The notes beneath the pieces are model-generated. The model was not told the DNA's origin, did no database searches, and saw only the letters and a list, made by a program, of their open reading frames with translations. Below, piece after piece: positions 26,511-39,529 of a stretch of DNA of 64,000 nucleotides (position 1 is the stretch's first letter; every line of letters begins with the position of its first letter). Source of the DNA: Octopus vulgaris. Its lineage: Eukaryota. Position numbers and translations under genes: made by a program. The DNA is taken from assembly GCA_951406725.2 (NCBI GenBank), contig OX597839.1, forward strand, positions 22,444,001 to 22,508,000, read 5' to 3'.

Positions 26511-26899
26511 ATATATATATAAAGTTCAAATTTACAGAAAACAAAAGATGAAGATAGGTGAAGGAACAACAAGCAGGTTTAATAATTTGATGCTCGGGAA
26601 GAATGGAAAAGTGTTTGATATTTTGAGCCTATGCTCTTTGACAAAAAAGATCGAGAGGAAAAATGGAGAGAGAGAATGAAAAGAAAATACAGGGGATTTG
26701 GGCTAAATTTGATGTCTTTTTACATCTTTTTTTGTCGGGAACAGCTTGCTGTATGGGTGAACAGTCAATGGTGTTGGAGAGCATCAAGATCAAAGTTGTA
26801 GTTGAGAGAAAGTTAGCTGACATGGAGGACTGGAGATCCTCTGAGTATTGGAAAAGAGTCACCTGTATCATGATGATTTGTGACAGGTATCAGAAGACG

Positions 26900-27392
26900 A
26901 ACATCATGACTGCCGCTCAATACACTGAAAAGATTCTAAGATGGGACTACGGAGCTGTAGCCAGCAGGAAGGGACACAGTAGGCATTCCAACTATGACTA
27001 CACACCAGAATTTGTCCCCCACGTTCTTGAACAAGTCCTCAAGCTAAATCCAGATGGCTGGAGAGGGTTGCTGCTGGAAGGCTAAATGCATAGCGGCAAG
27101 ATTCAGCTCCTTGCCGTACTTCCAGAAAAAGTTAGAAGTGGTGGTCAGCCCCAATTTTTGACCACCTGATTGCCTCAATTGTAATCCCACAAATTACTTT
27201 GTGTGGGGCATGGTTGAGAAAGACACCAACAGATCTGATTACAACAGCAAGGCCAAGCTGGAGGCCAAGACTAAATAGAATTCAAAGACCTTCCCAGTGA
27301 AACGACGAAGAATGCTTGCACCAGGGCTCCAAAGCCATCTTGAGTCCATAGTGGAAGCTGAGGAGTGGGGGGGGGGTACTTTGAGCAAATTA
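26900..27392 (+). pseudogene. Internally deleted Tc1/mariner (maT/DD37D-like) transposase relic
   Basis: Fragments DYGAVASRKGHSRHS..TPEFV, WLERVAAGR..RQDSAPCRTS, PPDCLNCNPTNYFVWGMVEKDTN and LESIVEAE match QQDSAPxH / WPPxSPDLNPLDYxVWG motifs, with stops. Confidence 0.75.
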
Positions 27393-27652
27393 CTCTTTTC
27401 TCTTTTACTTGTTTCAGTCATTTGACTGTGGCCATGCTGGAGCACCGCCTTTAGTTGAGCAACTCGACCCCGGGACTTATTCTTTTGTAAGCCCAGTACT
27501 TATACTATCGGCCTCTTTTGCTGAGCCGCTAAGTGACCTCCCAACCATAATCTAGTTGATATTTTATGATTCTTTAAAAACTGATTTACATTTTGGGATG
27601 GGATGTCGGTTTCTTTTCTTTCATGCAAACGGTCAAATTTAACCCAAACACC

Positions 27653-27894
<242 letters not shown>

Positions 27895-28677
27895 TTCCCT
27901 CTTGCGTGCACACACGTATATATACAAATATGTGCTTCTTTATATTTATACGTCATATTTGTGATGATTACAATTGTTCTTCGTCAACAGTTAATAACAT
28001 CACAAACGAGACGGTAATTCTTTTGTGTGGAAAATCCAACAAAAAAAAAATCCAACAAAAAAAATTACCCCCCCCCTCCCGCCAAATCAAACAGACAATT
28101 TATTGTTGGGTTTCTTGTGACGCCCCCCCTCTCCACCTCCCCTCCAACCACACTCGTCCACTCCACTCAACACTTTAAATTAAAACTTTGTTTAAAGCCA
28201 ATCCCAAACTTTGGTTGTTGTTGTTGTTGTTGCTGTAGTTGTTGTTGTTTGATGGAGATTTAAGAATTGATTTCAAACATCCTGTTTAATATTTGTTTTT
28301 GTTTGTTTTTGTTTTTGTTTTTCCAGTTTCAGCTCTTGAGCTGTGGCCATGCTGGGGCACCGCCATTGTGGTGAAGGAGTACAGCAGGGATCACCACCAC
28401 CCCCTGCCGGAGCCTCGTAGAGCTTTTTAGGTGTTTTCGCTCAATAAACACACACAACGCCCGGTCTGAGAATCGAAACCGCGATCCTGCGACCGCGAGT
28501 CCGCTGCCCTAACCACTAGGCCATTGCTTTTTTTTTGTCTTTTTTTTTTTTTTACTGTGATAAAAAAAGAACCCCCCTCCCACCATTGGTTCAGTCATGG
28601 AATCGGATTTCCAAGACTTAAGAGAGACGTACGTGACAAATGCAGCGAAGATCAACAGTGTTGTGGTGGTTACTTAC

Positions 28678-28872
28678 CCCTTCTTTTCTGGATTTTTGGT
28701 TGTCTGGAACCGGCATGTTGTTACTGCTACTGCTGCTGCTAATACTAGAGCAGTTGCTGTTGTTGGATGTGTGAGACATGTCTCCGAGTGACGGAGACTG
28801 GACTTTGTTACCGGCTCCACTGGAGATATGGTTGGAGCTGTTGGATGTTGGCGTGTTGTTGTTGGATGCCCT
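28678..28872 (-). CDS. RAP1GAP: Rap1GAP-family gene, Ser/Asn-rich linker exon (RASNNNTPTS...NQKSRKEG, 65 aa)
   Basis: Acceptor ttttgtttctgctgcag and donor GGG|gtaagt; 195 nt, phase 0-0, no stops, higher GC than flanks. Confidence 0.8.
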
Positions 28873-28926
28873 CTGCAGCAGAAACAAAATAGATTTTACA
28901 TAATATATGATATGTATATATATATA

Positions 28927-28966
<40 letters not shown>

Positions 28967-29769
28967 TTAAGGAGTATAACTCCAAACTTATAGGGAAAAA
29001 TTCAATTTAGTATTAAATCAAATTTCACAATATAAATATATAAAATATATAAACTGAATTACATAATAGTGGGTTTTCTCTAATTTATATATATATTATA
29101 CACACACACACATACACATATATATATATGTATTTCTTTACTACCCACAAGGGGCTAAACACAGAGGGGACAAACACGGACAGACAAAGGGATTAAGTCG
29201 ACTACATCGATCCCAGTGCGTGACTGGTACTTAATTTATCGACCCCGAAAGGATGAAAGGCAAAGTTGACCTCGGCGGAATTTGAACTCGGAACGTAACG
29301 ACAGACGAAATACGGCTACGAATTTCGCTCGGCGTGCTAACGTTTCTACCAGCTCGCCGCCTTATATACACATATATATATATGCTTGTGTGTCTATGTA
29401 TGCAAACATGCTTGCATATACAAATATATATATATACACGATCAATGTAGTTTCCAGGAACAAAGAGTTGGGTAATTTTGTGATGACAAATAGACAGAAA
29501 TATGAAAATAAAATTTAAATTCTGGTTAATTCCAATATATTTTCTATGCATTCCCAGCTTCCGTTTCTTCTATTCCTCCATTTGTTTGCTTTGATAACAA
29601 TTTACACACATAAGGTGTGTGTGTGTGTTTACGTTCCGTTTTAATAAAAACAATTTCACATTAATCTGATGGGTCACTCTATAATTTTGTAGAGGACAAA
29701 TTTATTAATCTTAAACAAGAATATTGTTGACAGTGACTTTGAAGTTTTAGCCAGCTAAGCCATCATCAG

Positions 29770-29817
<48 letters not shown>

Positions 29818-30196
29818 TCATCATCGTTTAACGTCCGTTCTCCATGCTAGCATGGGTTGGACGGTTCGACTGGGGATCTGGGAAGCCAGAAGGCTGCACC
29901 AGGATATATATATATATATATATATATAGCTCAGAGATGAGATCCAGAAATTCTCTAAAAGGACGACGTTTAGTAGTGCTCAAAACATTCAAACTTAGAC
30001 TCCGATGTCTTTACAAGAGATCGATTCCACAGGGTAAAGAACGGCTATAAGAGGGATCAGGTTAAGTGGATATGGAAGCAATTATGGGGATGAACAAATC
30101 AGACGCAACAAACATATCAAATATACCATATTTAATATATTCGATATATTTATCATTTCTAATTTGTTTACCAGCACACCCTTCTTTCTCATATAC

Positions 30197-30253
<57 letters not shown>

Positions 30254-30260
30254 CTTTTTC

Positions 30261-30339
30261 TATTCCTGAGCGTTATACTAATACATCTGTTTGTTTTGTA
30301 CACCACCTGCCTTCGTCTTTTGTTTTTTTCGTAAACTCC

Positions 30340-30396
<57 letters not shown>

Positions 30397-30529
30397 GGGA
30401 AGCTTTATGAAAATAGACAAAAGACGAAGGCAGGTGGAATATAAACAAACAATTGTATTAGTATGGCGCTCAGGAATATAAATAAAACAAGTCTTTTACG
30501 TTTCGAGCCTACGCTCTTCAGCAGAAAGA
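30261..30529. repeat. Inverted repeat around (TA)n followed by a hammerhead-like box (Penelope pLTR-like)
   Basis: Arms 30261-30340 and 30397-30478. Minus strand 30492-30529 reads tctttctg-CTGAAGAGCgtagGCTC-GAAACGTA-aaaga. Diverged relatives near 24165-24245 and 26520-26650. Confidence 0.7.
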
Positions 30530-30730
30530 TACACAGAAAAGAAACACAGAAAGAAACAAGGAGAGAAAAAAAATGCGTGCAGAAGCTAGCGAATCAACAT
30601 GGTGTATGTATATATATATGTAAATATATATATTGAAATTAAAATCATATCAAGAAAACAAAACAAAATAACAGTCAAAACAAATTAAGAAATTAACGAT
30701 ATACAAATAAATAAATGAATAAATGCTGAC

Positions 30731-30877
30731 TTTTAGAAACTCGCTCAATACGCTTTCATAATTCCTCTTGTGCAGTTCGATGAAGGATGATATCGTGTGC
30801 CTGGCAGCTTTTCTCTGAGACTGCCATTTACGCCCGACATAAGCATCTCTCTGACAAGGTTTGTTCTTGGGAATCAT
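30731..30877 (-). CDS. Candidate alternative first coding exon (MIPKNKPCQ...SVLSEFLK, 49 aa) bypassing GoLoco
   Basis: ATG at 30877, open non-repetitive frame, phase-0 donor AAA|gtcagc that fits the 28872 acceptor. The donor is only moderately strong. Confidence 0.45.
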
Positions 30878-32701
30878 TGTGAATGGTTTTTTTTTTTTTC
30901 AAATCTCAAGTGACCACGAGTGAAATGCAGTTTTCATTGAAATACAGTTTTCATTGCATATGTGCATATATGCATGTCTATATATGTGTGTATATATATA
31001 TATATAACAGTTATTCTTTTCGATAGTGGAGTCGAATGGAAATGAAGCAAAAAATAATTTGATATACGTTCAAGGAGGAAGGCCACTCCAATATGAAATA
31101 TTCATCCTTTGTTTATGTGTGTGTGTGTGTGTGTGTGCATGTGATCTTGCACACAAACACACATTATATAAATCTATAATAAAATATTCAACTATCCAAT
31201 CACAGCATGTAAACGGTTTGTCCTTTACAAAGATTGTCAAGTTTGCATTTCTCCACACCCTCCCACATACAGACGCGCAAAAACAACAACTGACTTTTGT
31301 TCATATTCATAAGAGTGTGGTTAACTCTTAAGTGGGGGCCCAACCTCTCCAGTGTTCTATTCTCTGCCCTTTATATCGTGTTTTAATTAAAGAATATTTC
31401 AGAGAACTGAGAGACAAATGATAGCTACTCATCTTTTGCAAATAACTGATGCGGAAGGAGATGAATAATGGATGCATCGAGTAGACGAAGATGGGAAGAA
31501 ATTTGTGATTGTCATTGGTGAAGATGACGAAAAGAGATGAGACGGATGTGAGGAAAGAGATTAACATTAAAGCCATTGAGCAAATGGTGCTAATTCTGAC
31601 ATTATACCACTTGTGTCACCTTTACTATCTCAAGTGAGATCCATCAGTGAAAGAGTCTTTCAACTGAGAAGGGAAACCACTAGAAACTAGAAACTGAATA
31701 TGTCTGTCTGGCAATCATCATCATCGTTTAACATCCATCTTCTATGTATGCATGGGAAGGATGGTCAACAGGAGCCAGGTAGAGAAACGACCCTAGGCTA
31801 CTGGACGCCCTTCCTAACACCAACCACTCCACGGAATGGACTCGGTGCTCTTCACATGGCACCAGAACACGCGAGGTTAGTTTCAGCATGATTTTTTACA
31901 GCTGGATGCCCTTCCAAATGCCAACCACGTAACAGTGTGGCCTGGATGCATCTTTGGATGGCACCAGCACTGGCAGGATAACCAAGTAACTCGTAAGGTA
32001 AGGAATTAACAGAGGGGCAGGGCATTTGAGGAGGGCAACTTATGCTGAGATCTTGTCAGTATCTTAATATATTTATATAAAGCTATTGAGAGGCATGTGT
32101 GTGTGTGTGTATGTGTGTATGTATATATATATACACACACACCTTGCTGTACTCAAGAAGACCTGTGTGCCATGGTAGAAGCGCTAAGTTAATTCTGGTC
32201 TCCTTGGGGGAGAGGATTGACCTGCAAGGGCCTTGTGCTGGCACCACATAAAAAGCACTCATGGCAGTGTTACATAAATGTGTCCATGCGGTGTCACGTA
32301 AAAGCGCCCATGCATTGTTACTTAAAAGCACCCAGCACACTCTGTAAAGTGGCTGGGATTAGGAAGGGCATCCAGCCATAGAAACCATACCAAACCAAGC
32401 TGGGATCTGGTGCAGCTCCCAGCTTGCCACCTCTGGTCACACTCTCCAACCCATGCCAGCATGGACAACGGATGCTAAATGATGATGCTGATGTTATATA
32501 CACCTAGGCCACCAAAAGAAATGTGAATGTCAGACTCTCAGAGAATCAAGACATCCTTTTGGACCAAAAGAACAGAGATATGTAATGCTCAGTTGTAATA
32601 GACTGGTGTCAAAGTTTGGCACACGGCCAGCAAGTTCGGGGCAGTGAGTTGGTCAATTGCATCGACCCCAGTACTCAACTGGTACCTATTTTATCAACCC
32701 C

Positions 32702-32930
32702 TTAACCCTTTAGCATTTAAACCGGCCATATCCGGCCAAAAGTATTCTGCCTGTTTTATGTTCAGACTGGCCAGATCTGGTCTCTCACACCAGCCCTACA
32801 ATGTCGTTTAAAAAATTAACAGCTACCTCATCAAAATCTCAAAGCTACAAGATAATGCATGATTAGTTCAAAACAATGTGGATAAAAAAGGATTAATTTT
32901 GGGAGAATAATGCGAACACTAAAGGGTTAA
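32702..32930 (+). mobile_element. piggyBac-like MITE family 1 inserted in a family C SINE
   Basis: TTAA-CCCTTTAG ... CTAAAGGG-TTAA; SINE sequence resumes on both sides. Confidence 0.85.
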
Positions 32931-33295
32931 AGAACGAAAGGCCAAGTTAACCTCAGCAGGATTTGAACTCAGAATGCAAAGATGAACGAAATACAGCTAA
33001 GCAGTTTGCCCAGCGTGCTAATGCCTCTGCCAGCCGACCACCTTGGCGCTTTTGATATATTCAAACGGGTTTGTTAGACCATCGGTAGATAAAGATGTGT
33101 ATTTTAGACAAACAGCGTATTGGCGCGTGTTTATTAGTTGGTCTGTCAGTATATTAAGGTGTGTACAACAGAGCATTAATACAATTAGGTGAAACCAGTC
33201 CACCATGAAAAGCACACCTTGCAAGCCTCAATAGGAAATAATGCAATTAAGGCAGGTAAATGATGGATGCTTAAAGGTTTTTTTGAAAGACTTAC

Positions 33296-33370
33296 CTTGT
33301 GAAATGTTGACATGTCACACCTTTGGTTATCTATTCTGTCACTCTGCATTCTCTCCAACAACTCAAACAT
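33296..33370 (-). CDS. RAP1GAP: Rap1GAP-family gene, GoLoco (GPR) motif exon MFELLERMQSDRIDNQRCDMSTFHK
   Basis: Acceptor ctcttttttctccccag and donor AAG|gtaagt; 75 nt, phase 0-0. Matches the GoLoco consensus and human Rap1GAP FEMIEKMQGSRMDEQRC (recalled). Confidence 0.92.
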
Positions 33371-33740
33371 CTGGGGAGAAAAAAGAGAACACAAAATAAA
33401 GGATTGGAATTGTGAATGAATTTTCCCAGACTTCTAAACACACCTATTTCTTTATTACCCACAAGGGGCTAAACATAGAGGGGACAAACAAGGACAGACA
33501 TTGGTATTATGTCGATTACATCGACCCCCAGTGGTACTTAATTTATCGACTGGTACTTAATTTATCGATCCCGAAAGGATGAAAGGCAAAGTCGACCTCG
33601 GCGGAATTTGAACTCACAGCGTAACGGCAGACGAAGTACCGCAAAGCATTTCGCCCGGTGTGCTAATGCTTCTGCTAGCTCGCCGCCTTGTATTTATTGT
33701 GGCAGACATAAACAGTAAAGTTTACAAGAGTCAGAGATAA

Positions 33741-34120
33741 CAATGAATGGAATATGAGGTTGTTGTTATTGTTTCTTAATTATTCTTCAGAGTTTCTGTA
33801 TTTTCCTCTGATGGACAAAACTGACCCTGGCCTCTCCAACAACAACAATTCATTGGTGAGCTGGCGGAATCGTTGGCACACCAACAACAACAATAATGAT
33901 TTTTGTTTGGCAAATGTTTGGCACATGGCCTGCAAGTTCAAGGGGGGGAGGACAAGTCAATTACATTGACCCTAGTGTGTAACTGGTACTTATTTTATCG
34001 ACTCCGAAAAGATAAAAAGCTAAGTCAACCCTGGCAGAATTTGAACTCAGAATGTAAAGATGGACAAAATGCCGCTAAGCATTTCATCTGGCGTGCTAAC
34101 ATTTCTGCCATCTTACCACT

Positions 34121-34158
<38 letters not shown>

Positions 34159-34501
34159 CCTCTCTATTAAAGACACAAGGCCTGAAATCGGGGGAGGGGA
34201 CTAGTTGATCACATCGACCCCCAATCCCCAGTGTTTCACTGGTACTTGATTTATCGACCCCGAAAGGATGAAAGGCAAAGTCGACCTCAGTGTAATTTGA
34301 ACTCAGAACGTAGCAAGGGACGAAATACCACTAAGCATTATGCGTGGTGTGCTAACGATTCCGCCAGCTCACCAATGGGTTGTTGTTGTTGTTGTTGTTG
34401 TTGGAGAGGCCAGGGTCAGTTTTTTGTCCATCAGAGGAAAATACAGAAACTCCGAAGAATAATTAAGAAACAATAACAACAACCTCATATTCCATTCATT
34501 G
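33741..34501. repeat. Inverted duplication, ~140-bp arms (33741-33883 / 34345-34501)
   Basis: caatgaatggaatatgaggttg...ggcctctccaac is the reverse complement of gttggagaggcc...cctcatattccattcattg. Confidence 0.9.
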
Positions 34502-37500
34502 GTATAAACGAACAATGCAGTCGTTTTATTTATTGGAAGTGGTAGCCAATTAGTTAATTAATAGTCTCTGGTTAGTTTGATAAGAACAGTTAAGTGGAAA
34601 GTATCATCGTTGAAAAAGCACTTCCCCACTTTTAATGGCCTGGTTTTGTTTTGCTTTTTGTTGTTGTTTTACAATTTTACTTTCTACTACAATGTGTTGT
34701 TGTTGTTGTTGTTGTTGTTATTGTTATTATTATTACTTTTTTTCTTTCTTTCAAATTTGCTTCCATTTCTTGCCGAGTGTCCTCCCGACTCCTAGGGCAA
34801 AGAAACTCATAGTATACATTGGTAGGCCATTAAACCAAACTCAATAGTTCGTTCATTTTTAAAAAAAATTTTTTTAAGTTAAATTAAAGTACATGAGCAG
34901 CAACAGTTCTCACATCGACAATGCTCAAGTTCTCACATCGACTATTATTATTATTATTATTATTAAGGCTGCAAGCGGGCAGAATCATTAACATAGTGGG
35001 CAAAATACTTAGAGGCGTTTCACCCGTCACTATATTCTGAGTTCAAATTCTGTCAAGGTTGGCTTTGCATTCCATCCTTTTGGGGTTGATAAAATAAGTA
35101 CCAGTTGAATACTGGGGTCGATGTAATCAACACATCCCCTATCCCAAAATTGCTGCCCTTGTGGCAAAATTTGAAACCATTATTATTATTATTATTGAGA
35201 AGCCCTGCCCATGTCAGCGAAACTGAGTTCTAGAAGCACTGTGTGTCCCACCCCCATTTAACAAGAAAAATTCTCACACACCCTACCACAACAAACCAAA
35301 CTAACTGCATCTCTTCTCTTCCTCACATTTCCGCTTCATGCACTAAGCTTACCTCCCACCCTCCAATCCAATCCTCTTGGCCCTGTGCCACTCCTATCAT
35401 TGATCTCCACTAGCCCACAACCTGTGTTTCACTCGCAGGCCCTGTCTCACTGCAACATTGCTATCTGTTATCCCACCCGACCTGTGTGTTCCATCCAACT
35501 ACCCCAACAAACCAATCTACATCTCTTCCTCACATTTCCTCCTTCATACACTGTGCCTAGCTCTCTCATTCCTCAGTCCTGTCCTCACAGCCCTGTTCCT
35601 CTGTATCATTGCTATCCAGTAGACCCTTGACTCTATATATACCCAGGTTTTCACCACTCGCTCCTCTCCTTCACACTCTTTAATCACACTTTCTTCACCA
35701 AATCCTGCCACTTATATTATGGTGTTCGAACCTCAAGGATATGCCCTGGCACTTGCCACCATCTATATCTCTCCCTTCCCATTTATATTCTGGTCCCCAT
35801 CCCTTGTGGGTATGCCCGGCAATTTTCTGTATTCTACTCTCTCTCTCTCTCCTTCTCCTGCACTTCCCTCAGGTTAGGTAACCATGTATTTCCTTTGCAG
35901 TAGCACACCTGTTTCTATCTCATTATAACCTTTCATCATCCGACGCAACCTCACCTGCTCCAATGCCCCCGCCCTTCTTGAAAAGTTTTGTTTTTGTTGT
36001 CTTGCAAGGTACTTGGTGACCCTGTTAGTGTAGGTGCCACATAAAAGCAGCCAGTCCACTCTGCAGAGTGGTTGGTGTTTGGAAGGGCATCCAGCTGTAA
36101 AAGCCTTGCTAAAACTGACCTCACCTGTGCTTGTGCCATGCAAAATGCACCAAGTCCACTCTGCTGAGTGGTTGGTGTTAGGAAGAGCATCCAGTCGTAA
36201 AAACACTGCCAAAATAGTTGCAGAAGTCTGGTGCAGGCTTCTGCCTCACCGGCTCTTGTGAAAAGATCCCACCCATGCCAGCATGGGTGATGATGATGAT
36301 TAAGGTAGTGAGCGGGAAGAATTGTGGGCCAAAATGCTTGTCTGCCGCTATGTTCTGAGTTCAAGTTTTGTTGAGGTTGACTTTGCCTTTCATCCTTTTG
36401 GGGGTCAATAAATTAACTGCCAGTCAAAGACTGGGGTTGATGTGATCAACTTAACCCCTACCCCAAAATCTCAGGCCTTGTGCCTACAGTAGAAAGGATT
36501 ATTATTATTATTATTGTTGTTGTTGTTGTTGTTAAGGCAGCAAGCTGGCAGAATTATTAGCATGCTTGGTGAAATGCTTAGCAGTATTTCGTCTGCCATT
36601 ACATTCTGAGTTCAAATTCCACCAGGGTCGACCAGTGAAACACTGGGGGTCAATGTAATCAACTAGGCCCCTCCCCGCAAAATTTCAAGCCTTCTGCCTA
36701 CAGGAGAAAGGATTATTATTATTATTATTATTACTATTATTCTACCCTCACTTTCCCACCAATTTTGTTAAAAGGTGGGTGAATATACCAAGAATGGTCC
36801 GAGTGAACAGGCCTACTCCATAAGCATGTGTGCCTGTAAATCGAAGGAGAATGATAATGAAGAGGGCACTTGCCCTAGAGGTTTTGTGGGGGTTTCCTCG
36901 AGCAGCCCTAGGAAATCTCTTTCACTCTTTCATGGAATTTATATTAGAATTTATATCATCACCATTTTTCTACTTCCATCTATGTAACCCCACATTGTCC
37001 TCTTCTGTCCCCAATGTTTTTAGTAAACCCTTTTTTGTAAAGAATTATTACTACTACTGCTGCTGCTGCTGCTACTACTACCACTACTAAATCATACCCA
37101 TTTAACCATACACTGGTAACTAAAGCTGTGTGGCTTCTACTATTATTACAAAGCAAACCTTAATTACACACCATCAACTCATTATCATTCTGACTTCGTT
37201 AACAGTCCTTAATGAACTTCCAGATCAATTCAGTGCAATGACTGTTGTTGTTGTTGTTGTTGTTACAAAGAAAATAACTTTGCAACTTAAAGTGTTACAA
37301 AAACACTTCTTGTCTTCAAAACAACAAACACATTTCATAATAAACACACAATACAACAACAATAACAATACCAAATTAGAATAATACTGAACAAGAGACA
37401 TATTATGTGTGCAATTAAAACTTGTAAAAGTAATTGCTTCCGTTGCCGTGCCCACCACCATCATCCTTGTCACCACCATTGTATAGAATGGGTTGGACGG

Positions 37501-37815
37501 TTCTGTATTCAGTGTCACTGGCCTTCTGACAGTCAGGGGGTGACAGCGCCTTCAAAACATTCCATTTTGGGGATGGTTTCTAAGGCTTGTCCCAATACCA
37601 GATACTTTATATAGTGTAAGTGGGTGCAATGTCACCAGCACGAGAGAAGTACATTGGATGCCACCAGAAAATGCAGCCATAAAGAATCTGACATAATTTC
37701 CAACATTGATCAGTCAACAGTTGAACCCTCTTGAGAACACATTTCTGATGAGACAGGTTGTTATTAATCTGGTGTATGAAACATAAATTAACAGGAAATT
37801 TAGACAAAAGGTCTT

Positions 37816-38366
37816 TAACCCTTTGGTTACCATACTTCTGTTGCTGTACACTGGTTTTGTTTCAATTCATTTTGAAAATAACAAAGAAGTTAGTGAAATA
37901 ACATTGTGGCACCTTGGGTAAGTGTCTTCTACTATAGCCTCAGGCCGACCAAAGCCTTGTGAGTGGATTTGGTAGACAGAAACTGAAAGAAGCCCGTCGT
38001 ATATATGTATATATATATGTGTGTTTGTGTGTGTGTGTGTGTGTGTGTTCGTGTGTCTGTGCTGGTGTGTTTATGTCCCCGTTACTTAGCGGTTCGGCAA
38101 AAGAGGCCGATAGAATAAGTACTGGGCTTACAAAAGAATAAGTCCTGGGGTCGAGTTGCTCGATTAAAGGCGGTGCTCCAGCATGGCCGCAGTCAAATGA
38201 CTGAAACAAGTAAAAGAGTAAAAGAGTTCGTTTTTAATCTGGTGTTTGGGACATAAACTAACATGAAATTTTGGGGAAAGGTTTTAATTTAGATTATTTT
38301 AAAGCAGGGAGACTGTCATAGAACCAGGATGGGTGGTGTCATGTGGGTTGGTGTGAAGAGGGTTAA
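37816..38366 (+). mobile_element. piggyBac-like MITE family 2 containing a 5'-truncated family A SINE (37907-38226)
   Basis: ttaaccctttggttacc ... gagggttaa ends, with SINE body and tail inside. Confidence 0.75.
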
Positions 38367-39529
38367 CACTGGGTGAACTAGACTCGCCCACATCTGCTGA
38401 AAGTCTATATAAACAGTTCTCAAGGAAGCTACCTGCTACCCATGTTGTGTACACACGACCAACATGGTGCCAATGTTACTCACAGAATTAACCCCTTTGT
38501 TACCATATTTCTGTTGAGATACTCTGTGTTTGTTTCAATTGATTTTGAAGAATTTAGTGAAATGAATTTGTCCTTATTGATCTGGTGTTTGGATCATAAA
38601 TGTGAAATTTTGATGAAAGATTTTAAATGAGATCAATTTAAGGCATGAAGTTTCTATCATAAAAACAAGGGCTGGCTCAGGTGGATTGGTATAAAAACAG
38701 TTAAAATGGCTGTTGAAAAGAAGGCCCTCCAGTAGTAAATAAATAGGTTAAAAAAGAAGGGGAGAAAAACCCTCAAAGGGGACATGAACTTTCACGGGTC
38801 ACAGTGCAAATAACTTGTTTAACTTTGAATAAAAGGGGGAGGGGGAGGAGAGGCAGTCTTGTCACAGACAGCATATCTTGGATCAGTGGCACAATAAATT
38901 ACCCCCAGTGGCACACCGTTGTCAAGTGGTTGGTGATAGGAAAAACATTTAAAGAGCGGGGGGGGTGTACAAACAAAATGTATATACGACAGCAACAGTT
39001 GGACAGATTTCTCTGTTGATGGAGGATCACGGATGAGTAAAGAGAAGTTGTGAGATTCATCCATGTCTCCATGATAGGAAAACAAAGATAATAGGAGGAT
39101 GAAACAAAAGCAAATATTTTGTGGGAGTCGATTTAATTGACATTAATTCTTGCCTGGTAATTTATTTATATTAATGCTAGGATAAGTTGACCTGGGTGAG
39201 GCCTGTACTAAATAACACAAGGCATCCCCCCCCCCAGTCCCTGCCTTTATCCTAATATAAAGACTTGATGGCAAAACAAAGGACATTATTAAGATATTAA
39301 AGAACATTATAGAACACAAAAGAACATTATAGAAGACACAAGAGAACATTATGGAAGATTCTAGAAGCCTAGCTCTACAACTAGTAGAAGACACTTGCCT
39401 AAAGTGCTACGAAGTGGGACTGAACTTGGAACCATGTGGTTCATAAGCAAGCTACTTACCACAAAGCCACTCCTACACCTAAATTTTTTATAATTTTGAA
39501 AAACTTTTAATAAAATCAAAACTTCACAC

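Noticed and set aside
26663-27085. 140-aa + strand ORF as a host gene
   Set aside because: Its 3' part is a frameshifted mariner transposase relic and its 5' part starts in a repeat.
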